From: Vitrella brassicaformis CCMP3155
Taxonomy: Eukaryota; Protista; Chromerida
Assembly: GCA_001179505.1 (NCBI GenBank)
Contig: CDMY01000878.1
Span: 62,001 to 126,000 of the forward strand
Length of the DNA stretch: 64,000 bases
Direction: 5' to 3'
The notes below the pieces were generated by a model that had not been told where the DNA came from, did not search any database, and worked only from the letters and a program-made list of their open reading frames with translations. This document shows, one piece after another, positions 23,143-34,337 of this stretch. The translations under genes were made by a program, and so were the position numbers. Positions within the stretch are counted from its first letter, which is position 1, and each line of letters starts with the position of its first letter.

Positions 23143-25509
23143 TCAGACCATCTGCATGTTGTCGAGGATGCGGTCATCGTCGTTCAGCCCGTGCCTGAGC
23201 GACAGCTCGATGCCCCAACGCTGCGCCTCTGACCGCACGGCGCGGTAGAGCACCTCGCAGACGCTCATGCACCGATTTGCCACACCTCCTATGGCGAACG
23301 GCCGCAGCGGTGGCTGGCCCGGCCCGCCCACCACATGGACGTTGCCGTCCTGGATGATGCTGCGGCTGGCGGCCGTCACGTACCGCTGAAGCGCCCGGTC
23401 GATGCGTGTGCCGAACGGCTTCTCACCGATGGGGAGGGAGGGGGAGGCGGTAAGCAGGGAGGCGATCGTCGTCTGGATCTCGGGAGGAAGAGTGGCATGT
23501 GTCGTCTCGCTGATGGGGATGGGTTGGGCTAGCGAGGCCGCGATGGAGCGGCTGGGCTGCAGGGCGGTGTTGATGGCCCGGATGGTCTCATGAGGGACGG
23601 TGGTGTTGACGAACGTCTCGTATGCCCTCACGATCCTCCTCAGGGGCCAGTTTGCCTCGTCCTCCTCGTCGCTGTACTCGTCGACGTAGCCCCTCATCCT
23701 CTGGCAGCGGTCGCAGTCCTCATAGTCGTAGTCGATGTCCATGAGCATGTCCCTCATCATATCGCAGCCGCGGCAGGGCTCTCTCTCACGCTGCTCAACC
23801 CCGGCCTCTCTGATGGCCCTCTGTGGGGTCACGCCGGCAGCCGTCAGCGAGGCACCGTGCGTGAGCAAGTCCAGCAGACCCGGCTCGACAGGCACACCCG
23901 AAGGCTCGTACTCGTCGTCGTCAGTCATCTCACGCGCCAGGTCCCACAGCAGAGTGCTCCCGCTGCTGTCGGGCGTGTTGATGTGCTCTGCTGCACCGAG
24001 GTAGTAGAAGCGTTGGATGGTCTCTTTGCGGCCCGTGCGGCTGAGGGGCCATGAGAAATACGCGTCCCACAGCGGCCGCCTGCCGTCACTGTCAGTTGCG
24101 TTGACGATGTCGCGCCCGCACATCTCGACAAAGTAGTCGATGAGCTGCTCCTGGCACTTGGGGTCGGGGAGGGTGTGCTTGCAGTAGCAGTGGATGGGCT
24201 GCTTGCCGTTGCCGTGCACTTCTGTGAGGACAGAGCGGTCGCGCTTGGCGATCTTCTTGACAATGCGCAGGTGGGCAGCCGGCGACAGGCCCTTCGCTTC
24301 GCCCTCTACGGCCATCTCCGACAGCAGCTGCATGCCGTTGACGGCGGCCTTGTACTGCGGCTCGAGCAGGATCTCCAGCAACGCCCACCGCCCCTCTCTG
24401 ATTGCGACCTCGATGGTCGTGCGGCCCTCGGCATGTGCGCTCGCGTCGATAGGCGCCCCGGCGTCGAGGAGTGCTCGGAGCACCTTGCCAGCGGCTGGGC
24501 CATGGTGGTATGCAACCACCAGCCCCACCAGGCTGAGCCTGCGTCCATTCCCGTCTTCGACGCCGTCCTTGATGTTGGCCCCCTGTTCGATGAGGCCGCC
24601 CACCGCGACTTCGTTTACGGTGCCGCACGCAACGTTGGTGGCCAGTCGCTTGGTCAGATGGCAGGCACCAGCCTCGAACTGCAGCGTGACGGCCTTGCTC
24701 GCGGACGTGTGGATGGTGGCCGTATTGGGGAGCGATGCAGGGAGGGCGTCAGGGTCTGGCAGGAGTGTGAAGGGGGACGGGCGCTGGGTGCTACTGAAGA
24801 GGGCTGACGCGGTGAAGGCATGCTCAAACTCCTGCACATCGCACAAGCAGAGGATTTCACGCGACTCCAGCCTTTTTTCGCGTTGTGCACCTGCTCGGAG
24901 GGCGTCACGGAGGCCCAGTTGCGCTTGAAGTCTTCAAACGTGTCCATGACGATGAGTAGAATGGCTGAGCGGCGGGTGGGTACACTGCGCTTCATTATCT
25001 GGGGCGTGCGGCCAGCGGAGCGTCCGTCCTCGCCCTCCTCCTTCATGTGCTCGTGGCGCTTGAGCACGCTGTTGGTGTCAGTGACGGCGTACTGGTACTG
25101 GTGCTCGCCCGGCGGGATGGCCACACACACTCGCCAGGCGTCGCATGCGGGTGAAGGAGGGGCCATGCGATGAGTTTTGCCACCGATGAGCAACGAAACT
25201 GATAGATCACAAGCCGCACCCATTGCTCTGCATAGATCTGACTCCATTCGTTATCCTGCCCGCCTCTGTACCTGATTCGTCATGCTTGACGTCCTCAGAT
25301 GCCGTCAGTTTGAAGACTACCGGGATAGTGTGCTTCTGGGTACCAGATGTCCGGCCCTCGTAGATGTCAGGCGGCGCCGATCTGCCACTGCCACGATGCT
25401 GCGCACTTGGCTGCACACGAGTGAGATTTGCACACAGCAAGCATAGGTGACATCATTGTTGCTTTTGTTGGTGCATCACCTTTCGAAAAGTCTGTTTCGT
25501 GCGGGCCAT
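23143..25509 (-). CDS. About 720-aa protein: histone-H3-tail-like N-terminus, CBM48/AMPK-beta-like beta-sandwich, ankyrin repeats and a lineage-typical C-terminal domain
   Basis: Exons 25509-25480, 25410-25272, 25198-24891 and 24831-23143 are joined by GT-AG introns of 69, 73 and 59 nt, all in phase. Translation starts MARTKQTFRKPSAQHRGSGRSAP, then IPVVFKL...IPPGEHQYQYAV. Ankyrin-like motifs follow: GRTTIEVAIREG, NGKQPIHCYC, DGRRPLWDA, SGSTLLWDLA. Confidence 0.8.
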
Positions 25510-25691
25510 TCTAGTCGCCCTTCTAGCTATAGCTCGCAGCCGGTGCCGCTCCGTGTTCCCTCTTCTTCCTAGCGCAGCAGGAGCCCCGTGCTGTCCCCCA
25601 GAAGGCTCTTTATCAATTGCAGCAGGGGGGAGCGGGGCTGCTTGAAATCGAAGCTGACGCTCTCTCTCATCAACGTAATCTGCAGGAAGCA
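25510..25691. promoter_or_regulatory. Putative bidirectional promoter (ankyrin/PPR), 182 bp, AGCTCGC at 25531-25537
   Basis: Short gap between divergent ATGs; motif seen directly; function inferred. Confidence 0.5.
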
Positions 25692-28600
25692 ATGAACTCG
25701 ACGACGGCGGCGGGCCATGCTTTCAGTCGTTTGCCAATGTGTCCACTATCGTCGTCTTCGTCTTCCCATTCCGCTTTTCTGCCCCTCGCCGACGCCGCCA
25801 CTTGCACTGCGGATGGTGGTGGGCCCATGGACGCCATTGGAGGCTGGGCCGTCGTTTATCGCCTCCTCTCGGAGGTGTTCATCTTTGTACTGATACTGCA
25901 GCTATTCGGACTCGCGGTATCCACACACACACACACACAGGGTGAGACATGCTCTGACTTTCCCCCTAAGGCTTCCCATTTTTGCAGCTTGTCCTTTATC
26001 GCAATGCTCGCCATTTCTGTGACAAGGGGCGGAAGACATCGCAACAACAGCAGCAGACGCAAGAGGAGGAGCAGACTGTGCCGCCGCCTGCCCAACCCCA
26101 GCGACAACAGCAACAGCAACAGCAAGACCAGACCCCCGCTGCCAACGCCACCCCAGCTGCCCACCATTCTTGCCCTGCCGCACCAGCCAAACCAGTGTCG
26201 TCCCACCCCGCCCCTCCTTCGCCGTGCCCGAGGGTGCCCGACCCCCAGACACGATCCACCACGGTCACTTCAGAGGGCAAGCAAGACGGCGACGCCTCTC
26301 CCAAGTCAGCCGGTGGGTCACCGCTGCTGAGGAGCCCACAGGGCAGTAGTGAGTGCCTACACGCCGCACCTCAGCCTCAGGTGATTCGGCCGGCATTCCC
26401 CGTCAAAGCGCCTGTCCCTGTGGCTTCGGCTATGGTTGCACCGAGCCAACCGCAGCCACCACAGCCGATGAGAGGGCGAGATGGTGGAGAGGATTTGTTT
26501 CTGAAGGCGGCCAGGAGATTGGCCGATGAGGAGAGATATCATGAACTCTGGGAGCTGTGGAAGGGCCTCCCGACGCTCAGCCAGATCCCCAGCAAGAAGA
26601 ACGCTCTCGATTGGTTCGTGCTGCTGGCCGAGGCGACTTGTGCTGGTGGTGGGGTCACCCCTGATGGCCGCATGAGCGGCCGCATGACGCCGTCGCGCCC
26701 ACCGGAGGCCATCGACATGGGCGAGCTGGAGACAGCTTTTGTGCCTGCGGATCGTCCGAGGGCTGACCTGATTCGGCTGCTCAAGGCAGCTGAGACGCTG
26801 CTGGCCCATGAGAACAACGTGGACGCGCGTCAGCAACTCTTCGCCTCCATGGTGGCGAGCCTCGCGCGGCTGGGCCAGCACAGCCGTGTGGCCGACCTGT
26901 TGCTGATGGCCACCCACCAGTCGATCCTCATCCCCTCATCCCTCAGCCCCCGCACCCTCCTGGCCCTCATGACCGCCCTCGGCGAGACAACCCGCATCGA
27001 CGCGGCCGGGACGGTGTTTGCCATCGCCAGCAGGAGGCCGGACAACACCCTCACAGAGGCCTTCGTGCTGTCGTATGTCAAGTGCTGCCTTGCCAGTGGG
27101 GCGGCTCAGCGTGCTGAGGAGGCGGTGAGGGTGGCGGGTCAGCGGGGGTGCGCCACCAGCCGGGTGTTCCAGACCTTGCTGCGGCACTATGGCAAGAAGG
27201 AGAACTGGGGTACTGTGCTGAAGCTAATACGGCAGACGCCACCGTCTGCTTGTTTTGGTGTGGGCGTCAAGAGAAATTTGCTGCTCAAGATCGCAAGCGA
27301 GAGGGGCGACGTGGAAGAGGCGGAAAAGGTTCTCAGGGACACGGAGAGCCGAAGTGAGTCACTGGGAGTGACACCACAGAGATAGAGACACGATGGCGTT
27401 TGATGTGCCTGTATGTATTTGTTGCACACAGAGGCCGAGTACGATGAGTACACGTACTTCCATCTGCTGAAGCTCTATGCATCGACGCACCACCATGCCA
27501 GGATGGAGGCGCTGCAGCGAGAGATGGCCGCCAAACACATCCGGCCATCCACTGCCTGCTTTGTGGTCCTAATCGACTATTACTTCCGGTGGGGCGACGT
27601 CGCGTCGGTCTTGCGGATATTTCGGGAGGCCAAGTCGGCGGGCCGCACCAATCTGACCCTGTACGCGCAGATGGTTCGTCACTTCACGTATCTGGGTCAG
27701 CTGGACCAGGCCATGAGCCTGTTCTCCGAGATGAACAGCCACGGATACGCCGACCTGGGGGTCTACACGCTTCTCGTCTGCAAGCTGCACGAGGCCAACC
27801 GACGACAGGACGCCCTCAGGGTGGGTGAGACCACTGACACAAACACACACACACACACCACACACACACACACCTCTGACAAATACGGCAGTGGATGTCT
27901 CCTTTCGCTCCTTTCGTCTTGTGTGTGCGTGTGTGCGTGTGTGTGTGTAGGTGCTGAAAGACCAGCGGCCTCGCGTGACGGGGCCCCGTGGCCCTCTGAA
28001 CAGAGATAGCGGTCAGCAGCAGCAGGGGATAGGGGGTGGAGGGGGGGCATCCTCATCGTCGTCGGAGGGAGGGTGGATATCGAGCTACATGGCGTTGATG
28101 CGGTGTGCCGGGCAGCTTGGGGCGCTGGATGTGGCCTTCGATCTGTTCGACAGCTACTGCAGGAGTGGGGAGAGCCCCGACTCGCTCATGTACAATTGTC
28201 TCTTGGACGCCTGCGTGACGTGCAAGGCCCCCCAGAGGGCCATCGACTTCTTCAACAAGATGAAAACCTCACAGGTTCGTCCACTCCACACACGCCTCGT
28301 GGTTAGTCGCTGTGCTTTTGGTTTCATCTGTGTCTACGACGCTCAGGTGCGTCCCGACTGTGTGACGTACAACACGATGATCCGGGCCTACAATGTTGCA
28401 AAGGTATAGGACGTCCGACCGCATCGGTCTGTAATGTCAGCTGGGCCACTTGAACCGACCTTCTTGTAGCACCTGGATGGTGCCTTTGGCCTGTTGGAGG
28501 AGATGATGGCCAAGGGGACGCATCCCAACGTCGTCACCTTCAACTCACTCATTCACGCGTGTGTCATGAACAGAAACAACGACAGTAGGCACATCCACAC

Positions 28601-29074
28601 ACACACCACCGACAGTCAAACCTCCATATCTGTATGTGTCTGCCTGTGCAGAGGCGTGGCGTGTGTTGCCTTTGATGAAGACCTCTGGCGTCGAGCCCGA
28701 CAGCGTGACCTACTCGACCCTCATCATCGGCATCAAAAACGACCGCACGGGCGCCACACTCGCAAGGGGCTTCTCATGCCTCGACCAGCTGCTCAGCACA
28801 GACATGCAGCCTGACGAGGCAAGGCACACACACAACATAGAGAGACACACACAAAAGGATGCCCAGATGTCCCTCCGTCTGTGTGCTTTGTGTGTACAGG
28901 TGTTGTTCAATTCGTTGATGGATGCGTGTGTGCATTTCGGCGAAATCCGCAAGGCCGAGACGGTCTTTCAGCGCATGATGGCCAGCGGCATCTCGCCATC
29001 CACAGTCGCATATGGCATACTGATGAAGGTGACCTGACCCTCCCAACCGCAAGAAAAATTGCGACAATGCATTG

Positions 29075-29110
<36 letters not shown>

Positions 29111-31115
29111 TGTGTATGTTTGTGTATGTGTGTGTGTGTGTGTTTGATAGGGTTATGGTGTGGTTCGTGATTTGCCCCGTGCGCTTCAGTGCAAGGGCGA
29201 CATGGAGGAGGCCGGCCTGCAGTCTAACGCCGTTGTTTACGGATGCCTCATCGACGTCGCACTCAAAGGCAAGCAGTCACATGACAAGCCAATGTGTTCT
29301 CTTCATATGGGTGTGGTTGATTCACTGGCTCAGTGGGTGAGGACGCTGTGGCCGAGGGGCTGTTCGACGAGATGCGCTCCCGGGGCATCCAAGGGACGGT
29401 GGTCACCTACTCGCTCCTCATCAAACTCTTCGGCAGACAGAGGAACATCGACAAGGCCTTCGCGGTCCGTTCATGACACACAGACACACACACAGACACA
29501 CATAGACAGGGAGAGATTGCATGTGTGTGTCGTGTGCAGGTGATAGAGGAGATGAAATCTCAGGGTCTGTCGCCCTCGTCGGTGACCTACAACTCACTCA
29601 TGGACACACTCGCAAGATGCAGAGACATGAGGGTATGTCAGTCACAACTGCCAACCAAGACGCACACACGCAGGCCTTCACCAAGTGCCCTTCTGCTTTG
29701 CTCTCTGTTCTCAGAGCGCCCCTCGTCTGCTGGCTCTGATGCGGCAGGACAAGGTCTCGCCGGACCTCATCACATACAGCACCATATGCAAGGCAAGTCA
29801 CACACAGATGCGCACATGCACCACCGGGGAATCGTGTGTGCATTCCTTGCTTCGATCAGGGTTACTGCCACAACGGTGAACTGGAGCGTGCGCTGGACGC
29901 CTTCGCCGCCATGAAGCACGAGGGCTTCAAGGCAGACGAGATCATCTACAACTCACTCATCGACGGATGTGCCAGAAGGGGAGACCTCAACACAGCCAAG
30001 AAGGTACGGTCTCTCCCCGGCCGCCCGTCCGTCAGTCAGCCCTGCCTGCTATCTTGCCAATGTGTGTGTGTGTAATGCATGTCTCACTCAGTTGGTGCAG
30101 GAGATGCGTGGGGGCGGCATCCAGCCCTCCAACGTGACCTACTCCATCCTCATCAAGACTTGCGGCGTGGCAAAGGAAATCGACCACGCATTCGACGTAC
30201 CGATGGATGGATGGATGGATGTGTGCATGGTCATTCAGGCAATGGTCGGGTGTGTGTGTGGTGGTCAGGTGTTGGAGATGATGGAGGAGGACTGCGTGAG
30301 GCCTGGCAAAGTCGTGTATACGTGCCTCATACAGGTGACAGGGAGGGGGAGAGGGAGAGTAAGCGACACACATGCACACACGAATGGCTCGTGTCGGGTG
30401 TGTGTAGGCGTGTGTGTGCAACGGTCGTCTGGATCGCGCGGTGTCGGTGTTCCACGACATGCACGCCCGCCAGATATTCCCCGACGGCGTCACATACGGC
30501 GCACTCATCGCCGGCTGCATTCAGGGAAACGACCTCCGACAAGGCAAACAACCCATCTCATCACACACAGGACGACGGCTGCTGACATGGTTCCTTTCCC
30601 CTTGTTCTTCGTCGTGTGTTTCAGCTGTGGCTCTTACCGAGCACGCCTCCGCCCAGGGCACTCAGCTGACGACCCGCACCTACCAGCAGCTCCTCAGATC
30701 ACTCAAACGGGTGCGCACGTCTCATTCACACACCCCACCCACGTGAATGCAATGCGTGTCTTTGCGTGTCTTTCCATCGATCAACCAGGCCAACATGCTG
30801 CCCGAGTACCAGCGTGTTGACGAGCAGATGGCCCGGGAGGGTGTGGACAACCGGCGGCTGCCGGACAGACCCACACAGCGCTTCGGCGACAAGAGCAGAC
30901 ACCATAATCATGGGTTTGACAATGACTGTGAGGAGGATGCCGATGAGTCATACCAACAGCCATACCCGTCTCAACCAGCACCGAACCAGGAGCCCCACCA
31001 GCAGTATCAACAGCACCATCAGCATCCATCGAGTGCTGCTGCTGGAGGTGGTGGTGGTGGTGGCGGGCCACACGTGCGGCGAAGGGCCGGGGGGCCGTAC
31101 TGGAGACACAGATAG
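25692..31115 (+). CDS. P-class pentatricopeptide repeat (PPR) protein with N-terminal transmembrane helix
   Basis: 17 introns spliced by hand give about 19 clear 35-aa motifs (e.g. PDEVLFNSLMDACVHFG, PDLITYSTICKGYCHNG, ADEIIYNSLIDGCARRG) plus about 4 degenerate ones. The N-terminal hydrophobic segment VYRLLSEVFIFVLILQLFGLALVLY spans intron 25917-25987. The start could instead be ATG 25737 or 25827. Confidence 0.92.
29076..29145. repeat. Intronic compound (CT)n(GT)n microsatellite, one example of many in the window
   Basis: ctctctctctctctctctgtgtgtgtgtgtgtgtgtgtatgtttgtgtatgtgtgtgtgtgtgtgt inside a PPR intron. Similar tracts occur at 33365-33394, 37115-37137 and 47586-47635. Confidence 0.9.
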
Positions 31116-31441
31116 GACTGATTCATTGCTGCTCCTGCTGCTGCTGCTGTCTTGCCAAAGTGCGGACGGACGGCTGTATGTGCATTTCTCTCTCTCGTCA
31201 GTCCGTCAGTGTGGCGTCACAGTCTTAGAGAGTGTCACTAGGGAATATAGGAAGAATAAGTGGCAAGACCTCATTCATGCGCCTGATCAGCATTAAATAC
31301 GGTCTCCGATCGATCGAATGCACTCACTCCCTGGTCTGTCAGATCGAGGGCTTTATCCAATTCGCATATACAAACATACTTACACACACGTGTGGTGTCA
31401 GTCACTGTGTCCATCCATCCACCCACCCTCCCATCCTCCGG

Positions 31442-33363
31442 CTACGTGTCCAGGTCCCATGCATCTGGTTGCCTGTTGTTTGCCTGGCTGTTCCCCTGGC
31501 AGCTGCCTCCGTTCATCTCCACCCCGCCCTCTATCCTGTCGCCCAGAATGTCCACACCCTCGTCGGGCGTGAAGTCGTGCGGGGGAGATGTCGGCAGACG
31601 CGCCGTCAGAATCTGTACCCCTGCACACAGACACGGATGTCCATCCACAATTGACAAGAGGAGATAGATGCAATCCAATCGATGCGTTGGTGATCCGATC
31701 CTATGTCGTACCGGTTTCCGTGATGAGCAGTGTGTGTTCGAACTGTGCTGAGCGTTTGCCGTCGACTGTCACGGCTGTCCAGTCGTCGGGCCACGTCCGG
31801 TCCTTCCATGTACCTGGACACACACACACCAAACCAACGACACACACAGATCAAGGCAGGGAGGGACCTTTCTGCGTGCGTAAGGTAATCTTAGCTCCTC
31901 CCCCCTCCCCTCCCCCATCCCATCCTCCCACTGCACTGACCCATGTTGATCATGGGCTCGATCGTGAAAGTGTGGCCGGGCTTCATCAGGCCTACCTGAA
32001 TCGAATGAGCAACAAGGTGAGTGCAGTGTAGTGCACATCCCATCCTTATCAGGACAGGCCGGTGTCCGTCTGTGTGCCCACCGCTTTGTTCTTAGCGTAG
32101 TGCGGCACGTTGGGTGCGGTATGGAAGAGGTTGCCGATGCCGTGGCCGCAGTAGGACCGGACCACCTGCAGCCCGTACCTCGCGGCCGTCCTCTGGATCA
32201 CGTTGCCAACCTCACGGTACATCATGCCCGGCTTGCACTGCACGAACGAGGACAGACAAACAGACAGACAGTACACACACGGAGAGAGGGGGATGTGTGT
32301 GATGATGGCTTGGCTGCACGTGTGTGTGCGTGTGGCTGCTCCGCTCACCAGCCTGATTGCGTCCATTAGGCAAGCGTAGGCGCCCCTGACCTGCACAGAC
32401 AGACAGACAGACAGACAGAGAGGCGCATGGGCGTGGCGTTTGTCCGTGTGTGTATTGTATGTGTTGGCCGCCCGGCTGCCGACTGACTGACTGACCAGTT
32501 TGTGCGAGTCTTTGTCGACCTTGCCGACGAAATACGTCTCGTTGAGGTCACCTACACGACACGCCCGCACCCACTCTCTCGTTGCTGAATGGCTGCCTAC
32601 CCCACACCCATGGCCTGCCTGCCTGGGATGTCTGGGATGTCTACCTACCTACCGTGCATTCCTTTGTAGAAGACGGTGATGTCCACATTGACTATATCAC
32701 CCTCCTCTAATGGCCTGAATGACGAAGGGGGAGAGATGTTTGTTTGTGTGTGTACGAGCTGAGCTGCCTCAGGCCGGCCACCTGGTGTCTGGGACGCCGT
32801 GGCAGATGACCTCGTTCACAGAGCTGCGTACATTACATTCACACACACACAGGCAACAGGCAGGCCACCAGATGGATGGGGCGCCCGTCGTCTCCCTCCA
32901 TCTTTGCCATTCGTCGCGTGCTCACTCACGTGCAGCAAGACTTCTTGAAGTGCATGTAATTGAGTGGAGAGGGGTAGCCATCCCGCGACACAATGAACCA
33001 GTGCACCTGCAATGCGACACACACTATTCCAGCACTAGTGTAGGCTGGCTGAGCCTAGCGGGCTAAGTACGTGTCGGTGGTCAGTCAGCAGATTGGTTAC
33101 CTTTTCGTCGATTTCGTCACAGGTGACGCCGGGCCTGATGAGGCTGTGGGCGTAGTCGAGCGCCTCACGCCCTAGGCGGCACGACTCACGCAACCTCTGA
33201 CGGACGGAGGATCCGATCCACATGCACCACACGACACAGATGCAATCCAGTAGGTAGGTAGGCAGGCCCTCACCCCACGGCCCGCCGCACCTGGATCTGC
33301 TCTTCTGTCTTAATCTCTATGCCAGGCTTCTGACGAGCCATCTCCTCACTCAGAGGTATGCCT

Positions 33364-33397
<34 letters not shown>

Positions 33398-34060
33398 GCA
33401 ACGAGTTGAACGGAATGAGTGCACCAGACACCCGGACAGAGACTGACCTTTCTCGGCATAGTCTGGCCGCTCGATGTGTGTGGGCACTTGTCTCCTCGGC
33501 GAGATGGGCCATGGCCTCAACGGCCCAGAGAAAATATAACCACAGAACACACTGCCACGCATCCACCCCATCCCACCCCACAGTCAGTTCTAAAAGGAGG
33601 TGTGCCTTGCTTCGACTCCTCTCCCTCCCTCACCGACCGCATGTGCTCATCGGTCCTCCATGGGACACCTCCCGTGACCTCATCGTCCTTGATGGCACTG
33701 ACAGCATGATCCGCCGCAGCTGACACAGCCAATGCCCTCTCCGCTGCCTTGTGCACCTTCTTGTGCTTGGCCCAGCTCTCACGGAAACACTCCTGACCTG
33801 ACACACACGCGCACACACACACATTCAGACACGAAAGAGGAGGTGTCATGACTGTCTGTCTGCTTGTGTTGTGCACCTAACCTACCGCAGAAGATGGCCT
33901 GTGGGAGGTCCAGTTTGATGCAGGTGGGGCATGACATTGTCGACTCTGTCATTTTGCCGCATCCCGCGCAGGCCTTGCCCTCTGCTGCTGCTGGACCATC
34001 TGCCGCACCTCCATTCATCGCAGCAGCGGCAGCTGGAGATGATCTCTCCACGTCAGCCAT
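31442..34060 (-). CDS. MAP1: Methionine aminopeptidase 1 (type Ib, N-terminal zf-C6H2)
   Basis: [32 protein letters not shown] zinc finger; [23 protein letters not shown]; [28 protein letters not shown]; [28 protein letters not shown]; stop at 31442. Confidence 0.96.
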
Positions 34061-34337
34061 TTGAATCAACAACCTGGTGATGGCCGCATGAGGAGATCTC
34101 TCAACAGATTATGGCAAAACGTTGCTCCGGTGGTTGAACACAAGCAAGAACGTCGGAAAAAAGAGCCGATCCGCGTGCGAGCTTGGCTTGCAGACCCCCT
34201 TCTCTCCTTCTTTCTCCTTCGGTGCGCCAAAGAGGCTCTGGATGTCGCATTCCTGCAGTTCTGCATCTCAGCAAAGCAGCGCGGGCTCTCAACGAACGAT
34301 CTTCCATACATCTCTACTTCTCATCCTTTTGGCGACA
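34061..34337. promoter_or_regulatory. Putative bidirectional promoter (MetAP1/HprA-like), 277 bp, GCGAGCT at 34177-34183
   Basis: Short gap between divergent ATGs; reverse-complement motif seen directly. Confidence 0.5.

Noticed and set aside
25480-25509. A true histone H3 gene or variant
   Set aside because: No histone-fold sequence follows (no KPHRYRPGTVALREI); similarity stops after about 10-20 residues.
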